Assembly: GCA_965644295.1 (NCBI GenBank)
Contig: CBFFRP010000435.1
Location: 62,001 to 126,000, forward strand
Length of the DNA stretch: 64,000 nucleotides
Source: Paraphysomonas bandaiensis
Taxonomy: Eukaryota; Protista; Chrysophyceae
Reading direction: 5' to 3'
The position numbers were made by a program, and so were the translations under genes. Positions within the stretch are counted from its first letter, which is position 1. Each line of letters opens with the position of its first letter. Below are positions 63,787-64,000 of this stretch, piece after piece. Under the pieces are notes generated by a model that was not told where the DNA came from, ran no database searches, and saw nothing but the letters and a program-made list of their open reading frames with translations.

Positions 63787-64000
63787 CTACTTTGTCTTCT
63801 GCGCCGACTGTGACGCAAATTTCTTTTTATTTTCCTTCACAATCTCAGAAATTTTTGATTGAAATCCAGGTTTATAACCAAGCATGAAGAATACTTCCAT
63901 GAGCACAAATAATGGTGCCATAATAAACGCTTGGAAGAGATTGTCAAATAATGCAGGTGATCTGCCTTCATGTACACCATGTCCATAAAACTGGGCAATC
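63787..64000 (-). CDS. 3' end of an Mpo1/DUF962 (YGL010w-like, 2-hydroxy fatty acid dioxygenase) membrane protein; partial
   Basis: Manual translation IAQFYGHGVHEGRSPALFDNLFQAFIMAPLFVLMEVFFMLGYKP...KTK* matches the QFxGH..E.R.PAL.DN..QA...AP.FV..E signature. Absent from the ORF track. Confidence 0.88.
   Translation of the reverse strand, partial: IAQFYGHGVHEGRSPALFDNLFQAFIMAPLFVLMEVFFMLGYKPGFQSKISEIVKENKKKFASQSAQKTK

Noticed and set aside
1-64000. tRNA, rRNA or snRNA genes
   Set aside because: None recognised by eye; tRNAscan-SE and Infernal would be needed to exclude them.

Overview
Eukaryotic genomic DNA, not prokaryotic: short (about 45-115 nt) GT-AG introns, standard genetic code, AT-rich intergenic DNA. 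Gene and transposon style suggests a stramenopile-type protist, but this is inference and I cannot name the species. About 13 protein-coding genes are present: a membrane-anchored purple acid phosphatase, a hemerythrin-like protein, SPT16, a folate-receptor-domain surface protein, a small Tim17-like membrane protein, a SIN1/Avo1 (TORC2) homolog, an MIT-domain protein, a cyclin-Y-like protein, an SDR, a P5 ATPase, DHCR7, a ~2,460-aa Hobbit/FMP27/BLTP2 lipid-transfer protein and a UBR-box/2OG-oxygenase fusion. The 3' end of an Mpo1/DUF962 gene, missed by the ORF track, lies at the right edge. Most genes sit in head-to-head pairs, separated by decayed mobile DNA: RNase H-bearing non-LTR retrotransposons, Copia remnants, solo LTRs with 5-bp TSDs, non-autonomous hAT elements with 8-bp TSDs, and MITEs. 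The most interesting observations are (i) a conserved multi-hairpin 3' RNA module shared by otherwise different retroelements, with two back-to-back inverted element pairs, (ii) the UBR-box plus 2OG-Fe(II) dioxygenase fusion, (iii) a CHORD/Btk-like zinc module inserted in the Hobbit protein, and (iv) a P5 ATPase with an atypical substrate-site signature. All protein calls come from motif recognition by eye; no database searches were run.
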